The position numbers and the translations under genes were made by a program. The notes beneath the pieces are model-generated. The model saw only the letters and a list, made by a program, of their open reading frames with translations, made no database searches and was not told the origin of the DNA. Shown one piece after another: positions 38,776 through 48,932 of a DNA stretch of 64,000 nucleotides. The stretch lies in NCBI GenBank assembly GCA_018883065.1, contig VEQT01000006.1, positions 1,581 to 65,580 on the forward strand. The letters are read 5' to 3'. This stretch comes from Flavobacterium sp. Lineage in GTDB: Bacteria > Bacteroidota > Bacteroidia > Flavobacteriales > Flavobacteriaceae. Numbering within the stretch: the first letter of the stretch is position 1; the number at the start of each line of letters is the position of its first letter.

Positions 38776-39360
38776 TTAGCGGCGTTTTTTGGACGAATTT
38801 TGCCATTCCTCGGCTACTTGTTCGAGTTCGGTGTACCAGTCTATTCCAAAACGTCGAATGAGGGCTTCTTTTACAAATTTGTAGACCGGCACTTGCAATT
38901 CTTTACCCAACTCACAGGCATCAGAGCAGATGTCCCATTTGTCGTAATTGACGGCCGCAAATTCAGTAAAATCTTTCACGCGTATGGGATACAAATGGCA
39001 CGAAACGGGTTTTTTCCAGTTCACTACACCTTGATTATAGGCTTGCTCGATACCACATAAGGCAGTAGGTCCATCATAGATTACATAAGCACAATCACGG
39101 TTATCAATGAGCGGGGTTTCCAATTCGCCTTCGGTTCCAGTTGTCCAGCTTCCTTGGGCTTCTATAGCGGCTACCCCCTCAGGACGCAAAAAAGGTTTGA
39201 TTTGCGGATAAATGGACTCTAAAATAGCTGTTTCTTCTTTTGATAGCGGCGCACCCGCATCGCCGTCCACACAACAAGCACCCTTGCAAGCCGATAAGTT
39301 GCACACAAAATCTTTGGCTAAGATGTCTTCTGAAACGATGGTTTTTCCGAGTTGAAACAT
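38776..39360 (-). CDS. DUF3109 family Cys-rich protein
   Basis: FVCNLSACKGACCVDGDAGAP, CGIEQAY, KPVSCHLYPIR. Confidence 0.88.
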   Translation of the reverse strand: MFQLGKTIVSEDILAKDFVCNLSACKGACCVDGDAGAPLSKEETAILESIYPQIKPFLRPEGVAAIEAQGSWTTGTEGELETPLIDNRDCAYVIYDGPTALCGIEQAYNQGVVNWKKPVSCHLYPIRVKDFTEFAAVNYDKWDICSDACELGKELQVPVYKFVKEALIRRFGIDWYTELEQVAEEWQNSSKKRR

Positions 39361-39536
39361 GCGCCAAAGATACTTTTCCGAATTAAAATAGCAGCTGTTT
39401 ACTCACAAATGATTTGAATTTTTATCTATTTTTCTCTAAATCAATTACTTAAAATGATCTCTTTTGCTGAAAGACGAAATAGCTAAGCCTTGTGCATGTA
39501 CGTTTGAATTTGTACTTTCACATCAAATTTATACAC

Positions 39537-39731
39537 ATGAAAATTTTCACTTCCGTGCTTATCATTCTTGCGTTGGGACTTTTAATTTTTAACATTACCC
39601 AACTTGATTTCAACCATTTTACAGAAAATAACAAAATTGCACTAATTGGGATTTTTGCCTCATTTTGTGCGATTCTCATCCTGTTAATTTTTAGGTTGTC
39701 CAAAAAAATAGAAGAAAAGACCAAAAACTAA
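39537..39731 (+). CDS. Small two-TM membrane protein
   Basis: 64 aa, two hydrophobic helices, basic tail. Confidence 0.65.
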   Translation: MKIFTSVLIILALGLLIFNITQLDFNHFTENNKIALIGIFASFCAILILLIFRLSKKIEEKTKN

Positions 39732-39735
39732 GGGA

Positions 39736-41316
39736 TTATTTTTGGGTGCGTAAGGCTGCTTGAACCATGGGGTCAAATGGTAAAATAAGCTGAAAATAAG
39801 CTTCTTCTCCAAATAATTGCCTAACCATTTCAGCCTGTATACTCCGCTGAACCCAAGCCGTGTTGTTACGCAAATCAACATCTATTCCGTTGGCCTGTAA
39901 ATTCAACTCAAATTGCCGAATTAACCTACCATTTCCTTTTACGCGCTTGATAAACTCATTGCGGTTTAGATTTCGATATTCGTTGCGGTGTTTATCCAAC
40001 TGCTCAAATGCAAAATGAGAGACTAAGCCCGTTTGTTCGATGATGTAAACCAACTGCTCATCTCCTTTATTGGCTGACAGTGGAACAAAAATATCAGGGA
40101 CAATTCCTCCTCCACCATAGACAATCCGTCCCTTAGGGGTTTTAAATTTGAGCGAATCAGCAATTTTAATCGAGTCTTTGTTGTATAATTCACCGTTGGC
40201 AAATCGGTTTTCAAATTCATTTTCGTAGTCTGCTGTTCCTTTTTTATAGCTTTTCTGAATCGAGCGTCCGCTTGGCGTATAATACCGCGCCATGGTAAGT
40301 CGCACAGCTGAGCCATCGTCAAAAGGCAGTTCGCGCTGCACCAATCCTTTTCCAAAAGAACGACGCCCAATCACTAAGCCGCGGTCGTTGTCTTGAATGG
40401 CGCCTGCCAAAATTTCACTAGCTGATGCCGAATTTTCATCTTGCAAAATGAGTACTTTTCCCGATTCAAAACTGCCTTTCTCGGTAGCGACTGTTTTTTC
40501 GACCGGGCCTTTTCTGTTTTTAAGAAGTACAATTTTTTGGCCATTTTTCAAAAAATCATCGGCAATCTGAGTAGCCATTTCTAGGTAACCGCCGCCGTTG
40601 GCACGCACATCCAAAATTAGTGTTGTGGCTCCTTGTCTTTTTAGCTTTTGTAATCCCCTTGAGAATTCGGCATAAGTAGTTTCGGCAAAACGATTTATTT
40701 TGATATACCCAATTTTTGGCTCAACCAATACAGCCACATCTACACTTTTAATGGGCAAACGATCGCGGAGCAATTTGGTTTTAAAAATACGGCGTTCACT
40801 TTTGCGGTATAGCGTGAGTTGTATGGCAGATCCTACCTCGCCTTTGAGGTGGGCATACAAGCTGTCTGAAGGCAATTTTCGGCCAAACAATTTGGTTTTA
40901 CCTGCATACAAAATGCGATCTCCAGCCAGAATTCCGGCTTTTTGAGCAGGGCTTTTGGGCAACGGCGAAATTACCGCAACCGAATCCTTGTACATGTAAA
41001 AATTAACGCCAATACCTACAAAATTTCCCTTCATGTTTTCGGCCAATTCGGCTTGATCTGACGACGGAATGTAAGTTGAATGCGGATCGAGGTGCGCCAA
41101 AATAGCATTTACCGCATCATCAACCAGTGAATCCGTTTCAATTTGATCAACGTATTCGGTTTCAATAAGTTCGAGTAAGGTATTGAGTTTGTTTTTGGCC
41201 GCAGATTGGCCAATGCCTGCTGGAGAATTGGTATACTGGAATTTTGAACCCAATACAAAGCCAAGGGCCAGCATGAAAAACAAGGCTATAGGAAGAAGAA
41301 TTTTTACTTTTTGCAT
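39736..41316 (-). CDS. S41 C-terminal processing protease (PDZ)
   Basis: LDPHSTY, GIGV, DVRANGGG, SASASEILAGA.QD..RG, G.RSFGKG.VQ. Confidence 0.95.
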   Translation of the reverse strand: MQKVKILLPIALFFMLALGFVLGSKFQYTNSPAGIGQSAAKNKLNTLLELIETEYVDQIETDSLVDDAVNAILAHLDPHSTYIPSSDQAELAENMKGNFVGIGVNFYMYKDSVAVISPLPKSPAQKAGILAGDRILYAGKTKLFGRKLPSDSLYAHLKGEVGSAIQLTLYRKSERRIFKTKLLRDRLPIKSVDVAVLVEPKIGYIKINRFAETTYAEFSRGLQKLKRQGATTLILDVRANGGGYLEMATQIADDFLKNGQKIVLLKNRKGPVEKTVATEKGSFESGKVLILQDENSASASEILAGAIQDNDRGLVIGRRSFGKGLVQRELPFDDGSAVRLTMARYYTPSGRSIQKSYKKGTADYENEFENRFANGELYNKDSIKIADSLKFKTPKGRIVYGGGGIVPDIFVPLSANKGDEQLVYIIEQTGLVSHFAFEQLDKHRNEYRNLNRNEFIKRVKGNGRLIRQFELNLQANGIDVDLRNNTAWVQRSIQAEMVRQLFGEEAYFQLILPFDPMVQAALRTQK

Positions 41317-41327
41317 GGGATTTCCAG

Positions 41328-41756
41328 CTAGTCTAGTTCTGGAATGTGATCAACTTGGATGCCGGCTTTATGCAAAAAATCAACCCCCGAGGTATCGCGG
41401 TAAGCCAACTGATAAACCACCCGTTTGATTCCCGATTGGTGAATCAGTTTGCTGCATTCTTTGCAAGGCGACAGCGTAATATATAAGGTGGCGCCTTCAC
41501 AGGTTTGTGTGGAGCGAGCTACTTTAAGTATAGCATTGGCTTCGGCGTGCAATACATACCAATTGGTAAGGCCATTTTCGTCTTCGCAGCAATTTTCAAA
41601 GCCCGAAGGCGTGCCATTATAGCCATCCGAAATAATCATGCGATCGCGCACAATAATGGCCCCAACTTGTTTGCGTTGGCAGTAAGACAACAAACTCCAC
41701 TCTTTGGCAATGCGCAAATAGGCCTTGTCGTATTTTGCTATTTTTTTATCGGTCAT
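41328..41756 (-). CDS. dCMP deaminase family (ComEB-like)
   Basis: QVGAIIV, GYNGTPSG, HAEANAI, SPCKECSK. Confidence 0.93.
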   Translation of the reverse strand: MTDKKIAKYDKAYLRIAKEWSLLSYCQRKQVGAIIVRDRMIISDGYNGTPSGFENCCEDENGLTNWYVLHAEANAILKVARSTQTCEGATLYITLSPCKECSKLIHQSGIKRVVYQLAYRDTSGVDFLHKAGIQVDHIPELD

Positions 41757-41771
41757 AAATTGGATTGGATT

Positions 41772-42365
41772 TTAATTCCAAATTGGATTTTGTATCAGTA
41801 AAGGCAAAACCACGCCCAACACAAATGCTGACAAAGTTAAGGTAAAATCCCGTTGTGAAAAACGCAAAACCGATTGGAATACCGTAGAAAAAATCAAAAC
41901 GGCAACAACAACCAAAACTTGCGCTAATTCAATCCCAATTGAAAATTGAATAAGACTGAACAGCTTTGCTGAAGAACTGCCTGCCAAAAGAGAATTAAAA
42001 TAAAATGAAAAACCCAGCCCATGTATGAGTCCAAAAAACACTGTAAAATAGTGTGTCATCTGAAATTTGTCTTTGGTTTTGCTGAATTTACCCAACGACA
42101 ACAAGGTAAATAAGGCGGTTACAAAAATGGTGAGTGGAATGAGAAACTCTATTATTAATGGCTGAACTCGAAGTATATCATAGGCACCAATAAACAGAGA
42201 AACAGAATGTCCTAGTGTAAAAAGACTAACCGAAACAAGCAAGCGTTTCCAATCGGAAAACGCATAGGGCGCGGCAAGAGCCAATAGAAAGAGTAAATGA
42301 TCATAGCCGTTCCAGTTGAGCACATGTTTAACGCCAATTTCTACAAAAATCCAAAATTCACTCAT
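41772..42365 (-). CDS. HupE/UreJ family membrane protein
   Basis: GYDHLLFL, FTLGHS, FGLIHGLGF, GIELAQ. Confidence 0.88.
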   Translation of the reverse strand: MSEFWIFVEIGVKHVLNWNGYDHLLFLLALAAPYAFSDWKRLLVSVSLFTLGHSVSLFIGAYDILRVQPLIIEFLIPLTIFVTALFTLLSLGKFSKTKDKFQMTHYFTVFFGLIHGLGFSFYFNSLLAGSSSAKLFSLIQFSIGIELAQVLVVVAVLIFSTVFQSVLRFSQRDFTLTLSAFVLGVVLPLLIQNPIWN

Positions 42366-42493
42366 GTGGGTTCGTTTTTAGTTGGGTAAACTTAGCAATT
42401 TTATTGCAAAAACAACACCAAAAAAACAGGCAATCACTTCCTCAAAATAGGGATATAAGTTATCTTTGCCACTGTAATTTAAAACCTAAAATT

Positions 42494-42925
42494 ATGTCTA
42501 TAGCCGATTTATTTGATAACGAATTTAAAACCAGAAACAAAGGACATTTTTCAGCCATCGTACGCGTTGCGTTTGCCGATGGAGCTATTAGTCCTGAAGA
42601 AAAATCCTTTTTAGATAAACTAGCCGAACGGCTCGAAATTTCGGCGGGGGAGTACGAAGAAATTTTAGAAAACCCCACCAAATACGCAATCAATCCTCCG
42701 TATTTATACAGCCAAAGATTAGAGCGTCTTTACGACTTAGCGCGCATGGTCCATGTAGATCATCAGCTAGGCAACAAACAAGAAGTGCTATTGTGCAGAT
42801 TAGGCATTGCCTTAGGATTCACTCCTTCAAACGTTGAACATATTGTTCGCAAGGCCTTGAACTTGCTAGACAACAAAGTTGACCAAGATACTTTTGTGTA
42901 TGAAATGGAGCACATGAATAAGTAA
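42494..42925 (+). CDS. TerB-family tellurite resistance-like protein
   Basis: VAFADGAISPEEK.FL, DL.RM...D; start ATG 42494. Confidence 0.8.
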   Translation: MSIADLFDNEFKTRNKGHFSAIVRVAFADGAISPEEKSFLDKLAERLEISAGEYEEILENPTKYAINPPYLYSQRLERLYDLARMVHVDHQLGNKQEVLLCRLGIALGFTPSNVEHIVRKALNLLDNKVDQDTFVYEMEHMNK

Positions 42926-42983
42926 TTAATAATTAAAAATGAATAATTAATAATTGTAGAAATATACTAAGGACAGCTTTTAG

Positions 42984-43165
42984 TCGAAAGTCAAAAGTTG
43001 TAAAGTCGAAAGAATATATGTATGCTAAGAACGGCTGATTGCTAATTGCTTTCAGCTGTTTTTTTATTAAAGTCTATTCTAAATCGAAAGTCAAAAGTTG
43101 TAAAGTCGAAAGAATATATGTATGCTAAGAACGGCTGATTGCTAATTGCTTTCAGCTGTTTTTTT
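42984..43165. repeat. Perfect 82-bp direct repeat (two copies, 100-bp period), each containing a terminator hairpin
   Basis: 42984-43065 equals 43084-43165; AACGGCTGA..TCAGCTGTT-T-tract. Confidence 0.95.
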
Positions 43166-43207
43166 GAGAGGTGAGACTGAAAGAGGAGAGAGAAACGATG
43201 GTTCTAC

Positions 43208-43225
43208 ATCCCAAAACTTCGGGAC
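43208..43225. repeat. REP-like module B copy
   Basis: ATCCCAAAACTTCGGGAC. Confidence 0.6.
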
Positions 43226-43273
43226 CAAATTACAATTCTAGTACTATTGAGATGAAATCTTTAAATCTTTCAA

Positions 43274-44278
43274 TCAACTAATTTTCATAAACTCCTCGGC
43301 CTTAGAAACCATGTTATAACTTCCACAAAAAAAGGGCACGCGTTGGTGTAATTCGGTGGGTTGAATTTCCATAATGCGTTGGTAGCCGTCAACCGCTTTT
43401 CCTCCAGCTTGCTCAGCAATAAAAGCCATTGGGTTGCATTCGTATAGCAAACGCAATTTGCCTTGAGGCGATTTGGAACTGGTGGGGTAAATATAAATTC
43501 CGCCCTTTATCATATTTCGATGCATATCTGAAACCAAACTACCTATGTAACGGGAGGTGTAGGGTCGGTCTTCTTCTTCTAATTGACAATACTTAATATA
43601 GTCTTTAACTCCTTGTGGAAAATGCACATAATTTCCTTCGTTGATCGAATAGATTGTACCGTCTTTGGGGTAACGCATATTGGGGTGCGACAAGTAAAAA
43701 GTACCAATGGCGGGATTTAGTGTAAAACCATTCACGCCATGACCGGTAGTATAGACCAACATGGTAGAAGTTCCATAAATTACATAACCTGCTGCCACTT
43801 GGTTGATGCCGGGTTGTAAAAAATCATCCAAGGTAACCGGAGTTCCCAAAGGCGAAATGCGGCGATATACAGAAAATATAGTTCCTACAGACACATTTAC
43901 ATCAATATTGGAGGAGCCATCTAGCGGATCCATGAGCACTACATACTTATTATTATGACTATTATCGGCACCCGAAACCGTAATAAAATCGTCGTTTTCT
44001 TCAGAGGCAATCCCGCATACAATTTCTCGATTAATTAAAGTTTGAATAAATACTTCGTTGGCGTAGACATCAAGTTTTTGTTGTTCTTCGCCTTGGATGT
44101 TTTGTTCGCCTGCCGCACCTATAATATCAACCAATCCGGCTTTACTCACTTTATAATTGACCACCTTGGCCGCCAATCTGATGGAATTGATAATGCGTGA
44201 TAATTCACCTGAGGAATACTGAAACGCATTTTGATTTTCGATGATAAATTCACCTAAAGTAGAGTGTTGTTGTTGCAT
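43274..44278 (-). CDS. fbp: Fructose-1,6-bisphosphatase class 1
   Basis: [47 protein letters not shown]. Confidence 0.97.
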   Translation of the reverse strand: MQQQHSTLGEFIIENQNAFQYSSGELSRIINSIRLAAKVVNYKVSKAGLVDIIGAAGEQNIQGEEQQKLDVYANEVFIQTLINREIVCGIASEENDDFITVSGADNSHNNKYVVLMDPLDGSSNIDVNVSVGTIFSVYRRISPLGTPVTLDDFLQPGINQVAAGYVIYGTSTMLVYTTGHGVNGFTLNPAIGTFYLSHPNMRYPKDGTIYSINEGNYVHFPQGVKDYIKYCQLEEEDRPYTSRYIGSLVSDMHRNMIKGGIYIYPTSSKSPQGKLRLLYECNPMAFIAEQAGGKAVDGYQRIMEIQPTELHQRVPFFCGSYNMVSKAEEFMKIS

Positions 44279-44401
44279 TACGAAATCGTTGTAGTTAATG
44301 CGGCAAATATCGTTTTTTTATTGAAAAATGCTTTAAAAATCTTCACAAGTTTTCAGAATTGTATATTTGTTTGCGCTTGTAAAAAAAGAGCGTTATTGAG
44401 T

Positions 44402-44884
44402 ATGATTATTCGCAAAGGAGAACCCGCCGATATGCCAGCTGTTTTGGCTTTAATCCAAGAATTGGCCATTTTTGAACGTGAGCCAAATGCAGTAGTAGTG
44501 ACTGCCGCCGATTTGGAACGCGACGGGTTTCAAGCAAATCCATTATTCCATACTTTTGTGGCCGAAATTAGTAGTGAAATTGTAGGTATGGCGCTATACT
44601 ATTACCGCTATTCTACCTGGAAAGGAAAAACAATTCATCTGGAAGATTTAATATTGAAAGAAAAATATAGAAAACAAGGGATTGGATTTGCCCTCTATCA
44701 AAAAGTGATTGAGACCGACTACCATGAAAACGTGCGTCGAATCGAATGGAACGTGCTCGATTGGAACAGGTCGGCCATTGATTTTTATCAAAAAACAGGC
44801 GCCAAGGTATTTGACGACTGGCGTGTTGCCCAACTCGATGAAATGGGTATTCAAAACTTTATAAAAAAATACACTAAACAATAA
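44402..44884 (+). CDS. GNAT N-acetyltransferase (SSAT-like)
   Basis: YSTWKG..IHLEDL...E.YR.QGIG, VLDWN..AI.FY. Confidence 0.92.
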   Translation: MIIRKGEPADMPAVLALIQELAIFEREPNAVVVTAADLERDGFQANPLFHTFVAEISSEIVGMALYYYRYSTWKGKTIHLEDLILKEKYRKQGIGFALYQKVIETDYHENVRRIEWNVLDWNRSAIDFYQKTGAKVFDDWRVAQLDEMGIQNFIKKYTKQ

Positions 44885-44889
44885 GTAGC

Positions 44890-46146
44890 ATGAAAGTATT
44901 CAAATTTGGTGGCGCCTCGGTAAAAGATGCGGCTGGTATAAAAAATGTAGTGGATGTGTTGCTCCAGGTGGGACATGAAGAAGTATTGTTGGTCGTTTCG
45001 GCTATGGGAAAAACAACCAATGCGCTTGAGGTGGTAGTAAAAAATTATTTTGACAAATCACCCGCTTTACAATCTTCAATACAAGAAGTAAAAAAATACC
45101 ACAACCAAATTGCCCTTGATTTGTTTGATGAAAGCCATCCTGTGTTTAAAACACTGAATGATTTTTTTGGCGAACTCGATTATTTTATTAGCCACAACAA
45201 ATCGCCCAACTACAATTTTGTATATGATCAAATTGTGAGTTATGGCGAAATTCTATCCACCGCCATCGTCGCGCATTACTTAAATCAAAGCAATTTGAGC
45301 AACCAGTGGTTGGACGTGCGAACAATCATTAAAACGGATGCAACCTACCGCGATGCCGAAATCAATTGGGAGCAAACCCAGAAAAATTGCAGTAAACTCA
45401 TCCGCAAAAAACAAGCCTATATCACCCAGGGGTTTTTGGGCTCCGACGAAAATAATTTTACTACAACCCTAGGTCGTGAGGGATCAGATTATACCGCCGC
45501 TATTTTGGCCTATTGCTTGAATGCCGAAAGCGTGACCATCTGGAAAGATGTACCGGGTGTACTAAATGCCGATCCGCGTTATTTTGAAAACGCCCAACTG
45601 CTTTCTCAAATTTCGTACCGCGAAGCCATCGAATTGGCGTTTTACGGGGCAAGTGTTATTCACCCTAAAACATTACAGCCATTGCAAAAAAAGGAAATTC
45701 CGCTTTTTGTCAAATCATTTGTTAACCCATTGTTGGCTGGAACAAGCGTTTCAAAAGGCGCCGATTTGGTTCCGCACTTGCCTTGTTTTATTGTTAAAAA
45801 ACACCAATTATTGGTTTCGCTTTCTTCTATAGATTTCTCGTTTATAATGGAAGAAAACATCAGCGAGATTTTTAGTTTGTTGCACCAATACAACATGAAA
45901 GTGAGTTTGATCCAAAACTCAGCCATCAGTTTCTCGGTATGTATTGAAGATAAATTTGGACATTTTACCGCCTTGCGCACGGCCTTGTCTAAGAAATTTA
46001 AGGTGGCTTATAATGAGAATGTCTCACTATATACCATTCGCCATTTTGACGAACAAGCAGCTCAAATGGTTTCTCAAAATAAAACTGTTTTACTTAAACA
46101 AAGCAGTAGAGAAACGCTTCAGCTTATTACCAAAGAAGCCGAATAG
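44890..46146 (+). CDS. lysC: Aspartate kinase
   Basis: KFGGASV, VSAMGKTT, LGREGSDYTA, WKDVPGV..ADP, GASVIHP. Confidence 0.93.
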   Translation: MKVFKFGGASVKDAAGIKNVVDVLLQVGHEEVLLVVSAMGKTTNALEVVVKNYFDKSPALQSSIQEVKKYHNQIALDLFDESHPVFKTLNDFFGELDYFISHNKSPNYNFVYDQIVSYGEILSTAIVAHYLNQSNLSNQWLDVRTIIKTDATYRDAEINWEQTQKNCSKLIRKKQAYITQGFLGSDENNFTTTLGREGSDYTAAILAYCLNAESVTIWKDVPGVLNADPRYFENAQLLSQISYREAIELAFYGASVIHPKTLQPLQKKEIPLFVKSFVNPLLAGTSVSKGADLVPHLPCFIVKKHQLLVSLSSIDFSFIMEENISEIFSLLHQYNMKVSLIQNSAISFSVCIEDKFGHFTALRTALSKKFKVAYNENVSLYTIRHFDEQAAQMVSQNKTVLLKQSSRETLQLITKEAE

Positions 46147-46294
46147 ACAAATCGATTAGCTTTTTCCTAAAAATCAACTATTTTTAGGCCTATTTCGGCT
46201 TGTTTTTTAACACATTAGCCTTTTTTATTAAAATATATTCAGTATAATTGCATTCAAAATAAACCAACTAATTAAAATTTCTAAAAACAAATTC

Positions 46295-48100
46295 ATGAAA
46301 AAAATTACTTTACTATTTGCTTTGGTAGTCTTGTCTTTTTCAAGTAATGCGCAAGTATTGCTTACAGAAGGCTTTGATACTGCTTTAACTTGGTCAACAG
46401 CCCGTATTGCCGGAACGTCAACTACAACCGGTTGGACGAGACAAACTGTAGGCACTGCCCCTTCTTGTAATCCATTTGTAGGAAATGGAATGGCTCGTTT
46501 TTATTCTTACAACATTGCTGCCGGAAATGCGTATCGATTAACTTCGCCTTCAATCAATTTTGCAGGAGCTAACTACCGTATTAAATTCCACATGTACAGA
46601 GATGGCGGATACCCTACTGATGCTGATGATATTAAAGTGTATCATCACACTACCTTAGGCACACCAACCACTGGTTCACTCTTGGGTACTGTAAACCGTT
46701 CTATGGCTTTGGCACCTGTTGTTAATGCCGAAGGTTGGTACGCTTATTCATTTGACTTGCCTGCCGGAACTACTGGCGCTGGATTTATGTCTTTTGTAGC
46801 TACCTCACAATACGGAAACAATATTTTTATTGACAACGTTTCTATTGTACAAATTCAAGCTGACGATGCCGAAATGAGCACCTTTGATTTAGCAGATATT
46901 AGTGCTTCAACAGGAAACACTCCTATATCTGGTTCTTTTAAAAATGCTGGTTTAAATACCATCAACAACATCGATTTAAACTGGCAAGCTGACGGTGGAG
47001 CGGTAAACACACAGACATTAAGTGGCATTAACTTAGCTCCTGGTCAAGTATATAACTATACTCACCAAACACCATGGAATGCTACTTTAGGATTGCATAG
47101 TATTAGTGTTTGGGTTACCGCTGCAGGAGATTCTGACGCAACCAACAACCAATTGACCAAATCAATTTCTGTAGCGAGTAATTCGACCTCACGTACCCCT
47201 TTGTACGAGAAATTCTCTAGCTCTACCTGTCCACCATGTGCCACCTTTAATGGAACTTATTTTAGCCCGTTTTATGGTCCTAACTCAGGAAGCTTTAATT
47301 TGATCAGCTACCAAGTAAACTGGCCTGGTGCTGGTGATCCATACTACACAACAGAAGTAGGAACTCGTGTAGGTTATTATGGTGTGAGTGGTGCGCCAAC
47401 TTTATTTGTAGATGCAAAAGATGGAACAAATTTCAATACCGCTGCTTTGCAAGCTGACTTAAATGATGCGATAGCACAACCAGCCTATTTTGCTGTTACA
47501 GCAACAAAAAGTGAATTGGGCTTTAGTGAAGATTTGACGGTAAACGTAAATGTTACACCTTATGTTACCGGAACTTACAAAGTACATGTAGCGGTTGTAG
47601 AAAAAATCACAACAGGTAACGTGGCGACAAATGGAGAAACTTCGTTTAAAAATGTAATGATGAAAATGTTGCCAAATGCAGCTGGAACAACCATCAATTG
47701 CACATACGATCAACCAGTTCCAACCATTACCTTGCAACAAAACTTAGCCGGTTTGTTTATTGAAGACATGACTGACTTAGAAGTAATTGTGTTTATCCAA
47801 AGCACCAATTCAGGCAAAGCGATTATGCAATCAACTAAAGCAACTGAGTTATTGTCAAATGATCAATTTGCAGCTAAAAAATTCAAAGTATATCCAAATC
47901 CATCTGAAGGAATTGTACGCATTAAATCAGAAACGCCAGTTAGCGTATCGATTGCTGACATTACCGGAAAAGTGGTATTTACTATGAACGATGTAACTAG
48001 CGATACCCAATTGAACTTGAGTTCATTGCAAAAAGGAATGTACATGGCTACAATCACATCAGGATCTGATAAAGAAACCCAAAAAATTATTTTAAAATAA
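46295..48100 (+). CDS. T9SS cargo: beta-sandwich and Ig-like domains, Omp28 thioredoxin-like domain, CTD
   Basis: Signal peptide, EKFSSSTCPPC, HVAVVE..F.NVM, VYPNP..KGMYM..QKIILK. Confidence 0.85.
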   Translation: MKKITLLFALVVLSFSSNAQVLLTEGFDTALTWSTARIAGTSTTTGWTRQTVGTAPSCNPFVGNGMARFYSYNIAAGNAYRLTSPSINFAGANYRIKFHMYRDGGYPTDADDIKVYHHTTLGTPTTGSLLGTVNRSMALAPVVNAEGWYAYSFDLPAGTTGAGFMSFVATSQYGNNIFIDNVSIVQIQADDAEMSTFDLADISASTGNTPISGSFKNAGLNTINNIDLNWQADGGAVNTQTLSGINLAPGQVYNYTHQTPWNATLGLHSISVWVTAAGDSDATNNQLTKSISVASNSTSRTPLYEKFSSSTCPPCATFNGTYFSPFYGPNSGSFNLISYQVNWPGAGDPYYTTEVGTRVGYYGVSGAPTLFVDAKDGTNFNTAALQADLNDAIAQPAYFAVTATKSELGFSEDLTVNVNVTPYVTGTYKVHVAVVEKITTGNVATNGETSFKNVMMKMLPNAAGTTINCTYDQPVPTITLQQNLAGLFIEDMTDLEVIVFIQSTNSGKAIMQSTKATELLSNDQFAAKKFKVYPNPSEGIVRIKSETPVSVSIADITGKVVFTMNDVTSDTQLNLSSLQKGMYMATITSGSDKETQKIILK

Positions 48101-48110
48101 TCCATTAATC

Positions 48111-48140
48111 AACAGGGGGCTTTAAGCTCCCTGTTTTTTT
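48111..48140 (+). terminator. Intrinsic terminator
   Basis: AACAGGGGGC-TTTAA-GCTCCCTGTT-TTTTT. Confidence 0.8.
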
Positions 48141-48154
48141 AAATCTTTAGCTTC

Positions 48155-48877
48155 ATGAAAAATAAAATCGTTTTCGTTTTTCTTTTGGCCATAACCTCCT
48201 TACAGGCTCAAATTACACTCAGCAAACATGACGGAACAATCATAAGCAATGGTCAAGTGCTTAGCTATAGTTCGTTAGAATACAGCCAAGCTTCATTCGA
48301 ATTTTATGTTCGCAATATTGGTTCAACCTCTACACGTGTGATGATTGAATGCGTAAGCACAACAAACACCGATGGAACTCAATTTGAATTGTGTTTTGGA
48401 AACCAATGTTTAAGTGAAGTAGCTGCAGGAAATTCTTATCCTGATACTCCTGTTACCTTGGCTCCAAACGGGGTAAATGGAAATTTTGATCATTTTTATA
48501 ATGCTAACCCAGGAAATGGGCAGGTAATGGATTTGGTATTTCGTTTTTATCAAGTTGATTTAGGTGGGAACGAAATTAGCAATTCAATCACCTTTACTTA
48601 CCGATACAATCCAAACCTAGCCACAGACTCTTTTTCAGCTCTTGCAGCTATGGGTGTTCGTTTACAAAGCACCACCATGCAAAATCAATTGGAATTGACA
48701 GCTGACAAAAGCATGCAAATGGAATTGGTTGACATTTCTGGAAAAAATGTACAACAATCAAACATAACCCAAGGAGTAAATCAAGTAGATGTAACGCAGT
48801 TAAGTGCTGGTGTATACATTGCCCGTTTTACAGACAACCAAGGTTCAACTAGCAGCATTAAGGTAGTGAAAAAATAA
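48155..48877 (+). CDS. Small T9SS type A sorting-domain protein
   Basis: Signal peptide, ELCFG.QC, CTD (LSAGVYIARF..IKVVKK). Confidence 0.8.
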   Translation: MKNKIVFVFLLAITSLQAQITLSKHDGTIISNGQVLSYSSLEYSQASFEFYVRNIGSTSTRVMIECVSTTNTDGTQFELCFGNQCLSEVAAGNSYPDTPVTLAPNGVNGNFDHFYNANPGNGQVMDLVFRFYQVDLGGNEISNSITFTYRYNPNLATDSFSALAAMGVRLQSTTMQNQLELTADKSMQMELVDISGKNVQQSNITQGVNQVDVTQLSAGVYIARFTDNQGSTSSIKVVKK

Positions 48878-48903
48878 TTACACCTTAATCCACCATATAC
48901 TTT

Positions 48904-48932
48904 AACCGTCATGATACATGGCGGTTTTTTTT
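48904..48932 (+). terminator. Intrinsic terminator
   Basis: AACCGTCATG-ATA-CATGGCGGTT-T-tract. Confidence 0.75.
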
